From a virus, in IMG/VR virus record IMGVR_UViG_3300043409_002109, positions 86,206 through 150,205 of that record: 64,000 bases of DNA; one strand, given 5' to 3'. The notes beneath the pieces are model-generated. The model had not been told where the DNA came from. It saw only the letters and a program-made list of their open reading frames with translations, and did no database searches. Made by a program: the position numbers and the translations under genes. Below are positions 48,895 to 58,898 of the stretch, piece by piece. The number at the start of each line of letters is the position of its first letter. Within the stretch, counting starts at the first letter, position 1.

Positions 48895-48967
48895 TTTTAT
48901 CCTATGGTTGAGTGAGAAGAATGGAGCAAAGCTCCATTCTTCAGGGTTACCTTACGGTAATTGCGCT

Positions 48968-49402
48968 TTAGGAAGCTGCAGGAGCAGGAGCTGACCAACC
49001 CTCAGGGATGGTAAGAAGCTCTTCCCACTCTGCACGAGTTAGACCGGAGGTGTGGTAATCACTTACCCCAACAAGGTCTAGCACGCTAAGGAGAGGGAGG
49101 TAGTTATCCGTGCTCTCGCCATAGACGAAAGCGGTACGGATAGCAGTGGTAGCCTCGTCAGCCTGGTCGGCCTGACGACGTAGAGCTACAGCGGTCTGCG
49201 CAAGCTGGAGCTGACGCTCCCCCATGCGGTCTGCGACCATTGCAAGCTCACCAACAATTACCTTCTTTGCATTCTCTGCGGCCTTAGCCTGGCCTTCCTT
49301 GAACATCGCACCGAACTTAGCGTTCGAAGTGAAGACATTCTCAGAGGTGGGGGCGGCGAGAGAAGCAAATGCCTGTAGAACGCGCGAACTAAAATCTGAC
49401 AT
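48968..49402 (-). CDS. Ala-rich hypothetical protein
   Basis: GAGGA RBS; codon usage GC-richer than neighbours. Confidence 0.7.
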   Translation of the reverse strand: MSDFSSRVLQAFASLAAPTSENVFTSNAKFGAMFKEGQAKAAENAKKVIVGELAMVADRMGERQLQLAQTAVALRRQADQADEATTAIRTAFVYGESTDNYLPLLSVLDLVGVSDYHTSGLTRAEWEELLTIPEGWSAPAPAAS

Positions 49403-50066
49403 ATATTTTCCTCGTATTTTTTATTTGATACTTAGAAAATTCAACCTGTTTGTGTAACGTGCCAACGACATCAAATACATAGATTGACTCTAAAGTTGGC
49501 GAATCTCTCGCCATGAATGATTACAGTACAAAGAATTGCTCTGAATCATATATAAATTTGGGGCTTAGGTTAGCTTAACGCTTAGTCACCCTGTTAGCTT
49601 TACGCTAAAGATCTTCCCGATATTGCTATTGAAGACTTTGATGTTTTAAATGCTCCCGCATTCTTGCAAGGTTCCCCTGTTAGCAAGATAATTAAGGTAT
49701 CTTCCCTGTTGAGGCTTATTACTCCTCAATGGGCCCGGTCCATGCCCATCCACACTTCCCTCTACACCTTAATCCGAAGGGACCTTTCTCCCAACCACAA
49801 GGCGCCATAGGCGCCAAAGAACAAAACCTGGAGTATGTGCTTCATTGAAATGGATATTCATGGGCCATTTCTGACCCATGAATTGAAGCAGAAAGGATTT
49901 TCAAGTTGATAGCTTCATTAACCAACTGTTTGTTATAGAGGAAACCCTTTTTCCCCTCACTTGGCTTAGGTGCACCATCTAATTATCCTTCATCTTAAAT
50001 ATTTATCATAATAGCTAGGTGTGCTATAGTTTTTATTAAATATGATTTAGTCTAATAGATTTAGAA

Positions 50067-50104
50067 CCAGCTCGCCAAAGCGAAAGGGCGCCATAGGCGC
50101 CCCC
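50067..50104. repeat. 38-nt direct repeat, copy 2
   Basis: Identical to 32765-32802. Confidence 0.9.
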
Positions 50105-50116
50105 GCACACAGATTC

Positions 50117-52029
50117 TCAGGTCGCTCTTTGTGAGTCTAACAATAGTTTAGCCCATCCAAGCCCTATCTGTTTATCAAGCATAGAGTCTATTTCGTGCAT
50201 AGCTTTAGGGAATTGAATATATTTTATTTTATATTCTTTGTTCTTCCATTCTAAAGCTATTCCTCCTAATTCAGGATCACAATAGAAAGATATATTTTTA
50301 TTCTGTTTTAAATAATCATACGCGATCTTTATAGAATGATCTCTCTTTATTTTTTCTAGAATCCTAATATCTATCTTTTTTAGATTCTCTTCAGAAAAAT
50401 CTTTAATGGATGGATACATTCTTTGAATCTTTATTATTTTTTAGAATGTCATCTAAATCTTTTTCTATAGCTCTACAGAAATATAGAAGCTTTGCTTCTA
50501 AAGGAGCAATTTCATGAAGGGTGGCATTCGTCTTCCAATTCAGAATTGCATAATGCAATTGAATTTGTAAGACATAATTCCAAAAACCTGTATGGATTGC
50601 TTTTAGTAATTCACTTTTTTGAGAATTCGTTAAAGTGCTATATTTTAAAACAATACGAGAAAATTCTTCTCTAATACTTAGAGGCCAATTCTTATCTACT
50701 TTGTGCAGGGACATGCGTTTTGTTCTCTAGTCAAGATATTTATTATTTCACCTGTCCCTTTGCATTCGAGACAATTTGTTTTTGCTGCTGCTTTACGACG
50801 AGCACGAAGAGCTGCGCGAAAATCCATAGTAGGTAATACTTTTTGGACTTTATTAACTGTTGATTTTAAATCTGGTAACAAACATGTTTCTGCATCATGA
50901 TTGATTAAACAGATTAAAGAATTATCAAAAATAGAGTTTTTTAAAGTATCTGTCTTCATAGCAAATTCGCAATTGATGCATCTCTCAGCATGAGGGAAAT
51001 TATTCAAAGAAATTTGTTTCATAAGGCAAGATATCCAGCAGCAAGAATAATTATCCAAATTAAGAAAAAGAATATTTCGTTATTGTTGGGATCTTTTGTT
51101 TTTCCCATATCAGTAGAAGAAGTGCTGGAAGGATCTGAAAAGAATTTGATCTTAATAGATTGATATGGCAAACCATTATTTTGGGATATGTTATTCCCCA
51201 ACGGTCCCCATTCAACGATTTCAAACTGATTGTTGACTTTTAATCTCTTGTTTATTTCTTGACGAAAAGATGGATGAATAAAAGTTATCATATAATCAGT
51301 TTCATGTTCTGAATTGTTTTTAACAATATGTTCAATAACTTTTACATAATCATTAATCTTTTTTGATTCACGTACAGTATATCGAACCATATCAACCTCG
51401 TTATTAAGACCTGGGAAGTGGGGATGTATTCTCTAAAAGATTTTCTATTATTTCAAGAGCATGTTTCAGTTTCTTTATTTTTTTACGAGAATTTTCTATC
51501 TCGTTAATGTCTTCGCTAAAGCTTAAAGTTATTGTTTTTGTACAATCAGCTATCTTTAAATTGATAGGATTTGAAAACATATTTACTGTTATTCTATCAA
51601 TAATGATATAAGCGCCACTATCAAATCCGATTTCATTTAAGAAGGATCTCATTTGAAGATGATTAGACTTTAACGAAGATTCGAAATCAGGATATTTTTT
51701 AAAATCTATCATATAACTTCGTAGATTGTAAGTATTTCTTCAATAGAACAATTTAGTTTATTAAGCCTAACATTTTCTAGTAACTGTTTATGAAACAGAG
51801 GATCTTCTTCTGAAGGCGCAATATAAATCACTTTATTAGTTCGCCACTTATATTTTAATTCATAAAATTCAAGAGGAGTAAGACTCTGAACATAATGTTC
51901 ACAGATAATCTCTTCTCCATCAAAGTTATCTTGTTGCCAAATATATTTAACTGTTTTACTTTTAGTATGTTTTTTAATAACTTCTAAAAGATCTTCTTGT
52001 CGCATTCTACTCAGATATTGATCAATCAT
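50117..52029 (-). other. run of six small AT-rich hypothetical CDS (50117-50419, 50403-50714, 50696-51058, 51019-51390, 51404-51712, 51709-52029)
   Basis: Overlapping start/stop packing; no recognisable motifs except CLECKGTG in 50696-51058. Confidence 0.6.
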
Positions 52030-52077
52030 TGATGCCTCTTTAAGGTTAGGGGAGCGCTTAGCGCTCCCCTAAGTTTT

Positions 52078-52323
52078 TCAAGAATGAATTACTTCAACTT
52101 TATTTTCTAGAGTTGCGAATCGAAGCTTTTCATATCCAATTTCAGTTAGATACCAATCTTCAGTTTTTTCATTTTGTAAACAATAACCAGCTTCAATCAA
52201 GTTCGGAAAGGGACGATCTCCGTTCAGAACACAATTCTTAAGAGAGTCTCGTTCAGCTACTGTTAGCCTTCCAAAATGGGCAGGAACATTGCGTTCACGA
52301 GCTGGCTTTTTATGGAAACTCAT
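52078..52323 (-). CDS. hypothetical protein (wHTH-like W.LT..G)
   Basis: WYLTEIG pattern. Confidence 0.5.
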   Translation of the reverse strand: MSFHKKPARERNVPAHFGRLTVAERDSLKNCVLNGDRPFPNLIEAGYCLQNEKTEDWYLTEIGYEKLRFATLENKVEVIHS

Positions 52324-52580
52324 CCTGCGCTCCTGATATCAAAGGAGCGGAGACCACTGAATGGATTCTCAATATGAACAGGAATTACAGCGGACACCTT
52401 CTTATCTTTCATATAGCGGCGCCATTCCGAACGACGAAGACTCACAGGCTCTAGTGGCTCTGTTTCCTGATTAAAATAATGAACGAAACCCATAGGACCC
52501 ATAGAAATGGTCTTGGGACGAGCCTTGAAAGAACGAATAGCAAGAGTATTTGGACTAGCCATATAATACAGATTCCTCAA
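52320..52580 (-). CDS. hypothetical protein
   Basis: ATGA overlap. Confidence 0.55.
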   Translation of the reverse strand: MRNLYYMASPNTLAIRSFKARPKTISMGPMGFVHYFNQETEPLEPVSLRRSEWRRYMKDKKVSAVIPVHIENPFSGLRSFDIRSAG

Positions 52581-52614
52581 GAACTATAAGTTCTTGATTT
52601 TAAAACAATTTGAT

Positions 52615-53142
52615 TTAGAGTTTAGGCAAAGAAATATGAATTCTTTCTTTATCTTTAGCGAGATTCCAGGTGTGTCTTGTTCCACCAGGAGGAGGTTGAG
52701 TATCACCAAAAGTGAATGCGATTATCACATCACTTTGAGATACTGGAACGTTTCTTTTTAGGAAACCTTCGTGAACAGTACTAATGATACTACCTGAAGA
52801 TAGTAATTCACTTAAAGTACTTAGTGTGTGTCTTGGTTTAAAGCCACAATCTTTTGAAAATTTACAATGCCAATAGTTAGCTGTCGATCCATCTTTTGAA
52901 TTGGAATCATATGCATGTTCTTTGTATGAGAACTTAGCGGGTAGATGAAGATGAAGAGGCAGCTTAGTCTCTTTGTATAAGCTAACCGCTAGATGATCGG
53001 CGCCGGCGGCGCCACCAGATACAAGATGAATATCTTCATAAGCAGTTAAATAAGTTTTAAGAACTTTATATGCCTTTTGATAAAGACTAAAGCTAAATGC
53101 CTCATTCCGTCCTGCGCTACCAATAATACTAATTGTAGTCAT
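52615..53142 (-). CDS. SLOG-superfamily (DprA/YspA-like) protein
   Basis: IIGS.GR, VSGGAAGAD..A, RN......SD..IAF, GGT..TW..A. Confidence 0.75.
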   Translation of the reverse strand: MTTISIIGSAGRNEAFSFSLYQKAYKVLKTYLTAYEDIHLVSGGAAGADHLAVSLYKETKLPLHLHLPAKFSYKEHAYDSNSKDGSTANYWHCKFSKDCGFKPRHTLSTLSELLSSGSIISTVHEGFLKRNVPVSQSDVIIAFTFGDTQPPPGGTRHTWNLAKDKERIHISLPKL

Positions 53143-53774
53143 TAGATATCTATCACATGTGGAGGGTTAGTTATTTGGTAGTTTTCATTTAGCTGAGAAG
53201 CATTTAGTATCAAGGTGTTATCTATTTCTTGGCGCCCATAACTCTCATGTATGTGACCATGACAATGGATTTTGGGTTTAATTCTTTCAAGAACTTGTTC
53301 TTTTAAGAAATCGCATCCAGCAAAATCACCATTCTTACATTTATCTAAAATTTTATATGAAGGACTATGGGTGATAAGAATATCTATATCATCTGGGATA
53401 AGCATCCAGGCTTGATAGCGCTCAGCTGAATTTGCACAGAAAGCCCAATTACCACACCAGCTAACCCAGGGGGTGCCCCAGAACTTTAGACCCATGACCT
53501 CGACACCACTATCCTCTAGATAAACGATAGAAGGATGTTCCTTAAGAAGCATATTAAACATGTCAGGATCTTGTTCAAACATGAGATCATGGTTACCAGC
53601 AATGAAGATCTTATGAGAATGAGGTTGTGCTTCAAACCAAGTCAAGAATGAACTTATCTCTGGAAGGGTACCTCGACCTGTAGCATCTCCAGCATGAATG
53701 AGAATATCTCCATCTGGGAGAACAAGAGATGCATGTTTATTATGGGTGTCGCTAATGAAGACTAGTTTGGGCAT
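53142..53774 (-). CDS. metallophosphoesterase (MPPED/239FB-like)
   Basis: ISDTH, HAGD, AGNHD, THSP, GC..L, GHIHE. Confidence 0.9.
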   Translation of the reverse strand: MPKLVFISDTHNKHASLVLPDGDILIHAGDATGRGTLPEISSFLTWFEAQPHSHKIFIAGNHDLMFEQDPDMFNMLLKEHPSIVYLEDSGVEVMGLKFWGTPWVSWCGNWAFCANSAERYQAWMLIPDDIDILITHSPSYKILDKCKNGDFAGCDFLKEQVLERIKPKIHCHGHIHESYGRQEIDNTLILNASQLNENYQITNPPHVIDI

Positions 53775-53821
53775 TTATGACTCTGATATCTATTCGTGCT
53801 TTAAAGCTAATAGAAGGTAAT

Positions 53822-53898
53822 TGGTCGGGCGGGGTGGACTTGAACCACCGACATCGGCTTTATAAGAATCGCGCTCTAACCAACTGAGCTACCACCCG
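53822..53898 (-). tRNA. tRNA-Ile(UAU)
   Basis: CGGGTGG/CCGCCCG acceptor, D arm GCTC/GAGC, loop CT-TAT-AA, T arm GGTGG-TTCAAGT-CCACC, A73 and CCA; one mismatch in the anticodon stem. Confidence 0.85.
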
Positions 53899-54164
53899 TT
53901 AGGGGACAGTTGTAGCGGGCGCATTTTGATATTCATGAGCTGATGACTAGCTATGGGAACTAAGTGTGATACTTCTAGAGTTTACTAGAATCTTCCCTCC
54001 AGAATATTTTTATTCCTGACTATGAGGGGCTTTAATTAAGCTAAATATCACATAGTAGTTTGTATTAGTGCGCCAATATTATAGGCATCAATACATGATA
54101 AGTACAATGTTATCTCACTGGCTTCTAATAAATTAGTTGTTACTATTTATAAGGAGGTGTTTGA

Positions 54165-54800
54165 TTGTCTTATCTTAAGATTTTATTTGTTCTTTCTTTA
54201 TTTATCTTTGGTTGCGGCTTTTCAAAATACAACTCAATAGTTCGTCCTATGGTTTCTCATGGGGTCACTATAGAAGCTGATATTGGACGTTGGCAACCTA
54301 TAGGGGCTGGTGTAGCTTTTACTAAAGATCATAAGAAATATATATTAACTGCGCGTCATGTTATAGAATTTGCTGAAGGTATTACCCTTCGTGCTTGTTC
54401 TATAGAGTTAGCCACTGAATGTACTATACTTGATAGTAATCAGTTTGAGGGAATCTTGGCGCCGAAGCACTCTGTAGATGATTGGGCTGCAATGCCAATT
54501 CAAAAGTTTCCTAAAGGAACTTCTGGAGCAACTATCGGTCCTACGCCTCAGGTCGGAGATTCTATTTGGGTAATAGGTTCACCGTTAGGTATTCCAGGAG
54601 AAGTTACTCAAGGAATTATCTCTAATAAGAGTCCATTTGGTTATAGTATTGATGCTAGGGCTCTTCCTGGTAATAGCGGTGGAGGTTGCTATAACATTGA
54701 TGGCCAATTAATTGGTATTCTAATTGGCATAGCGAATACTAATGTTGGGGTAATAGAAACTGCTGGTTTAGTTATTCCAGTACCTTTACGATATCTTTAG
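54165..54800 (+). CDS. trypsin-like serine protease, putative lipoprotein
   Basis: AAGGAGG RBS, lipobox-like FIFGC, TARHV, D, PGNSGG. Confidence 0.85.
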   Translation: MSYLKILFVLSLFIFGCGFSKYNSIVRPMVSHGVTIEADIGRWQPIGAGVAFTKDHKKYILTARHVIEFAEGITLRACSIELATECTILDSNQFEGILAPKHSVDDWAAMPIQKFPKGTSGATIGPTPQVGDSIWVIGSPLGIPGEVTQGIISNKSPFGYSIDARALPGNSGGGCYNIDGQLIGILIGIANTNVGVIETAGLVIPVPLRYL

Positions 54801-55040
54801 ATCGCGTATCCCTTCTTGCAAGGACTCTTCTGATAAATCAGCGTGCGTAATACACTTAGCGAAATCTATGGGCCTTCTATTTATATTGCAATAGCAACAA
54901 TGGCTTTTGTATCAAGCGTCTTCTATCTCTATGGTTAAACCATATGTATAAGATTGCTTATCGAGCGGGTGCGACCCTTGCTCTTTCTTGTTCATCTATT
55001 TATGCAGTAACTTAGGTGAACTCTAAGTTACTAATTAAAA

Positions 55041-55115
55041 TGGTCGGCAATGGTGGACTCGAACCACCATCTGATGAGTCAGAGTCATCCGTTCTGCCAA
55101 TTGAACTAATCGCCA
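55041..55115 (-). tRNA. tRNA-Gln(CUG)
   Basis: Full cloverleaf, anticodon arm GATGA-CTCTGAC-TCATC, TTCGAGT loop, CCA. Confidence 0.88.
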
Positions 55116-55318
55116 GCAATAAGCTTGTTGAGACTCTCAACATCGATTTCAGGAGCCGGGGCGGCGCGACGGGTGAACTTAGGAAGATTCACACCAGCCT
55201 TTCGTAGAAGGGTGGCCCGAGTAGAACAAGCAGCGAGGGTAATCTCTAGCTCTGCAGCGACGCTAGCAAGATTAGGCTTTTCTAGCCAAGTGCGAACAAA
55301 AGTTTCATCAGTGATCAT
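55106..55318 (-). CDS. small HTH-like DNA-binding protein between tRNAs
   Basis: F...W.....VAAELE.......RA..LRK.GV.LP; stop codon lies in the tRNA-Gln 5' end. Confidence 0.55.
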   Translation of the reverse strand: MITDETFVRTWLEKPNLASVAAELEITLAACSTRATLLRKAGVNLPKFTRRAAPAPEIDVESLNKLIAGD

Positions 55319-55339
55319 TCATTTTACCTTTAAGATTAA

Positions 55340-55415
55340 TGGCGGGAAGACCTGGGGTTGAACCAGGGGCCTTTTGATTAACAGTCAAATACTCTACCAA
55401 CTGAGTTATCTTCCC
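55340..55415 (-). tRNA. tRNA-Asn(GUU)
   Basis: GGGAAGA/TCTTCCC, TTTGA-CTGTTAA-TCAAA, G73 and CCA. Confidence 0.9.
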
Positions 55416-55465
55416 TCACCAACACAGCTGGACCAACAGCGCCTCATAGAGGCGCGAAAGAAAGT

Positions 55466-55924
55466 CTATTCTGGATGAAGGGTGAGATCATACTTCCAAC
55501 TCATTGGTCCATGATAACTTCTAGAATACCAATTGAAGATATATTCAACTCGTGGTGTTAAAGGAGCTTCCAAAAAGATCTTTCGAGTCACATCTCGAAT
55601 TGATTCGTTAGTAGATCCTTGACGATCAATTTCATAAATAATATGAGTAGTTTTAACATTCAAAGCAAAACAAGCTACCTGAAGAGTACATTCTTGGTAT
55701 CCATGGAATTCGCAAAGATCCCAATGTTTACGTAAAGAATAACCAAGACGTTGAATGAAATATCCTATGATATCTATTGGTTGATTATCTTTAGAAGTCA
55801 TACCTTTGCCACTAAGCTTGCCTTTAACATCGTATTCGTCTAGTAAAGACAAGAAGAGAATTCGATTATAAGCGGCGTTGTCATTTAGAGCGTGGAGAAA
55901 TGGGAGAGTTACGGGAGGGTACAT
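55466..55924 (-). CDS. hypothetical protein, paralog of 31808..32134
   Basis: Same shared motif as 31808..32134. Confidence 0.72.
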   Translation of the reverse strand: MYPPVTLPFLHALNDNAAYNRILFLSLLDEYDVKGKLSGKGMTSKDNQPIDIIGYFIQRLGYSLRKHWDLCEFHGYQECTLQVACFALNVKTTHIIYEIDRQGSTNESIRDVTRKIFLEAPLTPRVEYIFNWYSRSYHGPMSWKYDLTLHPE

Positions 55925-55928
55925 TTAT

Positions 55929-56435
55929 TTATCCTAATCTAGGAAGTTCGAAACATCCTAAGGTTGAAAGCAATAACTTGGTATACCAACAATGATAAGC
56001 TTCATCAACTAGTAATGCATTTGCTAATGCTCTTTCTTCAAGACATGATGAATGAATTAGAATTGTCGAGAAGCGCATCAATGATCGATGTTCATTGAGA
56101 TCGAGTTCAGTTAATGTTTTTTCGTGGTCAACTGGAGCAAGCTCAGCAAATGGAATAGCAAAGGTTTTAGCAACTAATTTCGAATGATATAGCTCTTGAT
56201 TTGAGATGATTTTAGCATGATGAATGAAGGGTTCTAGGTCTAGATCTCTCCATCGTTTTAATGGATTCTGTAGCGCCAAAACCACTGCTTTGTAAGTATA
56301 GAATCCAGTAATCTCAGCAATAGCAAGACTCTTTTTCCAGATCTCATAATAAACAGCATCTGTATTCAATCTTGTTTTATACCAAATCTCTCCATCGCGC
56401 TCTGAAGTTAAAGGTTGTTGTGATAGAAGAGACAT
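55929..56435 (-). CDS. hypothetical protein
   Basis: AAGGA RBS. Confidence 0.6.
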   Translation of the reverse strand: MSLLSQQPLTSERDGEIWYKTRLNTDAVYYEIWKKSLAIAEITGFYTYKAVVLALQNPLKRWRDLDLEPFIHHAKIISNQELYHSKLVAKTFAIPFAELAPVDHEKTLTELDLNEHRSLMRFSTILIHSSCLEERALANALLVDEAYHCWYTKLLLSTLGCFELPRLG

Positions 56436-56443
56436 GGTTATCC

Positions 56444-57598
56444 TTAGTGGAGATTATTCTGATAGTCAATTAAGTTTCTACAAAGACTATCTAGGTATTC
56501 TCTATCTGGTTTAGTCTGTAGAACTTCTAGGTATTGTGGATCTCTATACAGGATATTCAAAAGCTGATCTTGCTCTTCAGCCCAAGATGTTAATTGATCA
56601 TATGACCAAATACCTTGGTTTCGAATGGCTAAGAGTTCTTCTCTATCCATATCTCCTCGCCAGACATTTACTTTACCAGTCGTTAAGATCTCTTTGCCCA
56701 TTCGAAGCAATCGAACTAGATGCATTCCATGTTTAGTATCATATCCATGTTTTTCTTCTAATTGAGCACGCGCTTCATTCCTATTGGTTTTCCATGTCAG
56801 GTATGATTTCCATTCACGTATACCTGCATCATATTCACGTTCCTTCTGTAGAATGTAAATGAGGTTGTCATTAAGACCAACAGCACGGGCGGCAGCTAAC
56901 CATTTCCCATCATCGATTGAAGGAAAGCCCAGGTAGGAGCAAACCTCTTCCATGTATTTAGTCATGCGCTCTTGGATATGAATAACCTTATCTGCAGACA
57001 TATCTCCAAAATCTAGTTCCCATGTATCCATTTGTGAACGAATAGCGGCTTGAGCCGCAGCTAATTGATCGCTGGGGATTAATGTACATTCTGGCAGGTC
57101 GTAATCTTTGCGAGTAGGGGGAGTCTTAGGGCTATTCACAAGCCATCGTCTATGGGTTTTAATGCGCTTCAGCTGACTGATAGCATAACCGGAGAAGGTA
57201 AATTTAGCTTTGCGACTTAAGAACTTGTGGGCCTCAGCACGCAATTGTTCACCCAGTTCGTTCATGATTCGAACTTCTTGGTCTCGACAGAACAGAACAT
57301 CAAGAATATTGGGGTTGGATTCGGCGGCCAAGCACATGAACTTACTCAGTTCATAAATTGTGCCTTCTACTTTCTCTTGAGTAATAGCTTGTTTCTCTTC
57401 TGGACTCATAAGCTCAATGAAGGCTTCCATGTGAGGAGTACCTTCAGCTTGTTCAAATTTGTTCAAGAACCCAATATAGTATTTGAGTTCTGGGATGTAG
57501 ATACCTTTAAGATCTACATCACTGGTATCTGTGTGGAGACCATAGGCGCGACTACCACCAACGATAAGGATAGGGATTCTATGGATTTCAAGTTTCAT
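56444..57598 (-). CDS. Pol-beta-fold nucleotidyltransferase (RlaP / T4 NrdC.11-like)
   Basis: GSRAYG....SD.D..G, NPN.L..LF, F.GYA..Q, GYDTKHGMHLVRLL, LL.IR.G. Confidence 0.85.
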   Translation of the reverse strand: MKLEIHRIPILIVGGSRAYGLHTDTSDVDLKGIYIPELKYYIGFLNKFEQAEGTPHMEAFIELMSPEEKQAITQEKVEGTIYELSKFMCLAAESNPNILDVLFCRDQEVRIMNELGEQLRAEAHKFLSRKAKFTFSGYAISQLKRIKTHRRWLVNSPKTPPTRKDYDLPECTLIPSDQLAAAQAAIRSQMDTWELDFGDMSADKVIHIQERMTKYMEEVCSYLGFPSIDDGKWLAAARAVGLNDNLIYILQKEREYDAGIREWKSYLTWKTNRNEARAQLEEKHGYDTKHGMHLVRLLRMGKEILTTGKVNVWRGDMDREELLAIRNQGIWSYDQLTSWAEEQDQLLNILYRDPQYLEVLQTKPDREYLDSLCRNLIDYQNNLH

Positions 57599-57703
57599 GA
57601 TGGTAGTCTCTTTTGTTTTAGCGGTGGATCCCCTATTAGGATTAAACTATCGAAGAAAAGAATAACTTGTTATAGTTCTAGTTCGATGTTATATTAGTTT
57701 AAG

Positions 57704-57784
57704 TGGTCCGAGGGGCAGGATTCGAACCTGCGTACTAGTCCAACTACGGTACCTCGTCTTAGAAGGGCGGGCCGCTACACTCGG
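57704..57784 (-). tRNA. atypical D-armless tRNA-Arg(UCU)-like RNA
   Basis: CCGAGTG/CCCTCGG acceptor, loop CT-TCT-AA, long arm GTAC...GTAC, perfect T arm GCAGG-TTCGAAT-CCTGC, ACCA; no D arm. Confidence 0.65.
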
Positions 57785-57797
57785 AAAAGGAGTCTAT

Positions 57798-58451
57798 GTG
57801 CATCATACAAAAGATAAAGGCGACTTAGCAGTTGCTAAAACTATATTAGATTTAACAGAAAGAGGACATATTGTTTTTAGTCCTACGATTACTGAACATT
57901 GTCGCTATGATCTTATAGCAGATATAAATGGAAAATTGAAACGAATCCAAGTAAAATACTTGGGAGATGGTCATTTATCAGGAAAAACAAGTTGGAATGA
58001 TAAGCATGGTGCTCATTCTATTCAATATACTTCAGGAGAATTCGAGCTTTTTGCACTTTATTTAGCTCCTAAAAACACTTTACTCTATTGTCCTTTTATA
58101 CAAAGTTTTACTTCTATGAAATTTACTTATGAAATTCCAAATTCTTATACACATTTTTATTGGTGGGAAGATTTTAAAGATATTTCATATTCTTTACCAA
58201 AGAAAAGATCTTGTAAAGATTTTGGTGTTGAAGCTACAACACTTCATAACCTCACTGGAGCAACATACAAGATCGATTGGCCTTCCGATCAAGATCTTAA
58301 AGATATGGTTTGGAATGAACCTACTTGTGTGGTGGCTCAGAAATTAGGAGTTACAGATTCTGGTATCGGTAAATATTGTAAAACTCATAATATTCCAAAG
58401 CCACCACGAGGCTATTGGGCTAAAAAGAAATCTGTGGGTTCAATTAACTAA
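57798..58451 (+). mobile_element. free-standing PD-(D/E)XK homing endonuclease (I-Ssp6803I-like) with C-terminal HTH
   Basis: K.KGD........L..RG..V..P.......YDLI.D......IQVKY; WPS...L...VW......A..LGV.D..I.K.C....IP.PPRGYW; AT-rich, opposite strand. Confidence 0.8.
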
Positions 58452-58460
58452 GCTTTGAAT

Positions 58461-58859
58461 TCATAGAGAACTCATCAACCAGATCCAAGTGCTTATTAGA
58501 CATAAGGTGTGGGCCAACTGGTCTAGGCCAATTATTACGAAGAAGTTATGTACTTCACCTTGCGCCCAGAGCTTACCAGTAATTCTACTTGTAATAGCAT
58601 CTATCACAAAATGGAATGAGCCATTAACCCATAGCCACCATGGAAACATAAAGGTGTTTCTTTGGATCTCTATATACATTGAAGGTATAAACAAACAGGT
58701 AGCCAATACTAAAGTGTAAGTAAAAACATGGCTTAGCAATAGATACCAGTCTTTGCTTTTGCCTTTAGCTTGAATATCACTTTGCATGATGAAGTCTGCT
58801 ACCCAATGAGAAATTAGAATACAACACAGAATTGGAAAACTAATCATAGTAGATTCCAC
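58461..58859 (-). CDS. DUF3307-like membrane protein (second copy)
   Basis: HWVADF..Q....A..K...L..HV..Y...H...D...IGLDQ..H. Confidence 0.8.
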   Translation of the reverse strand: MESTMISFPILCCILISHWVADFIMQSDIQAKGKSKDWYLLLSHVFTYTLVLATCLFIPSMYIEIQRNTFMFPWWLWVNGSFHFVIDAITSRITGKLWAQGEVHNFFVIIGLDQLAHTLCLISTWIWLMSSL

Positions 58860-58898
58860 CTTTTTGGTATTAGGTTATGTTAGATTAGATATCTAAAA

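Noticed and set aside
49455-49470. Sigma-54 promoter (TGGCACG on the minus strand)
   Set aside because: No TTGC -12 element at the required spacing
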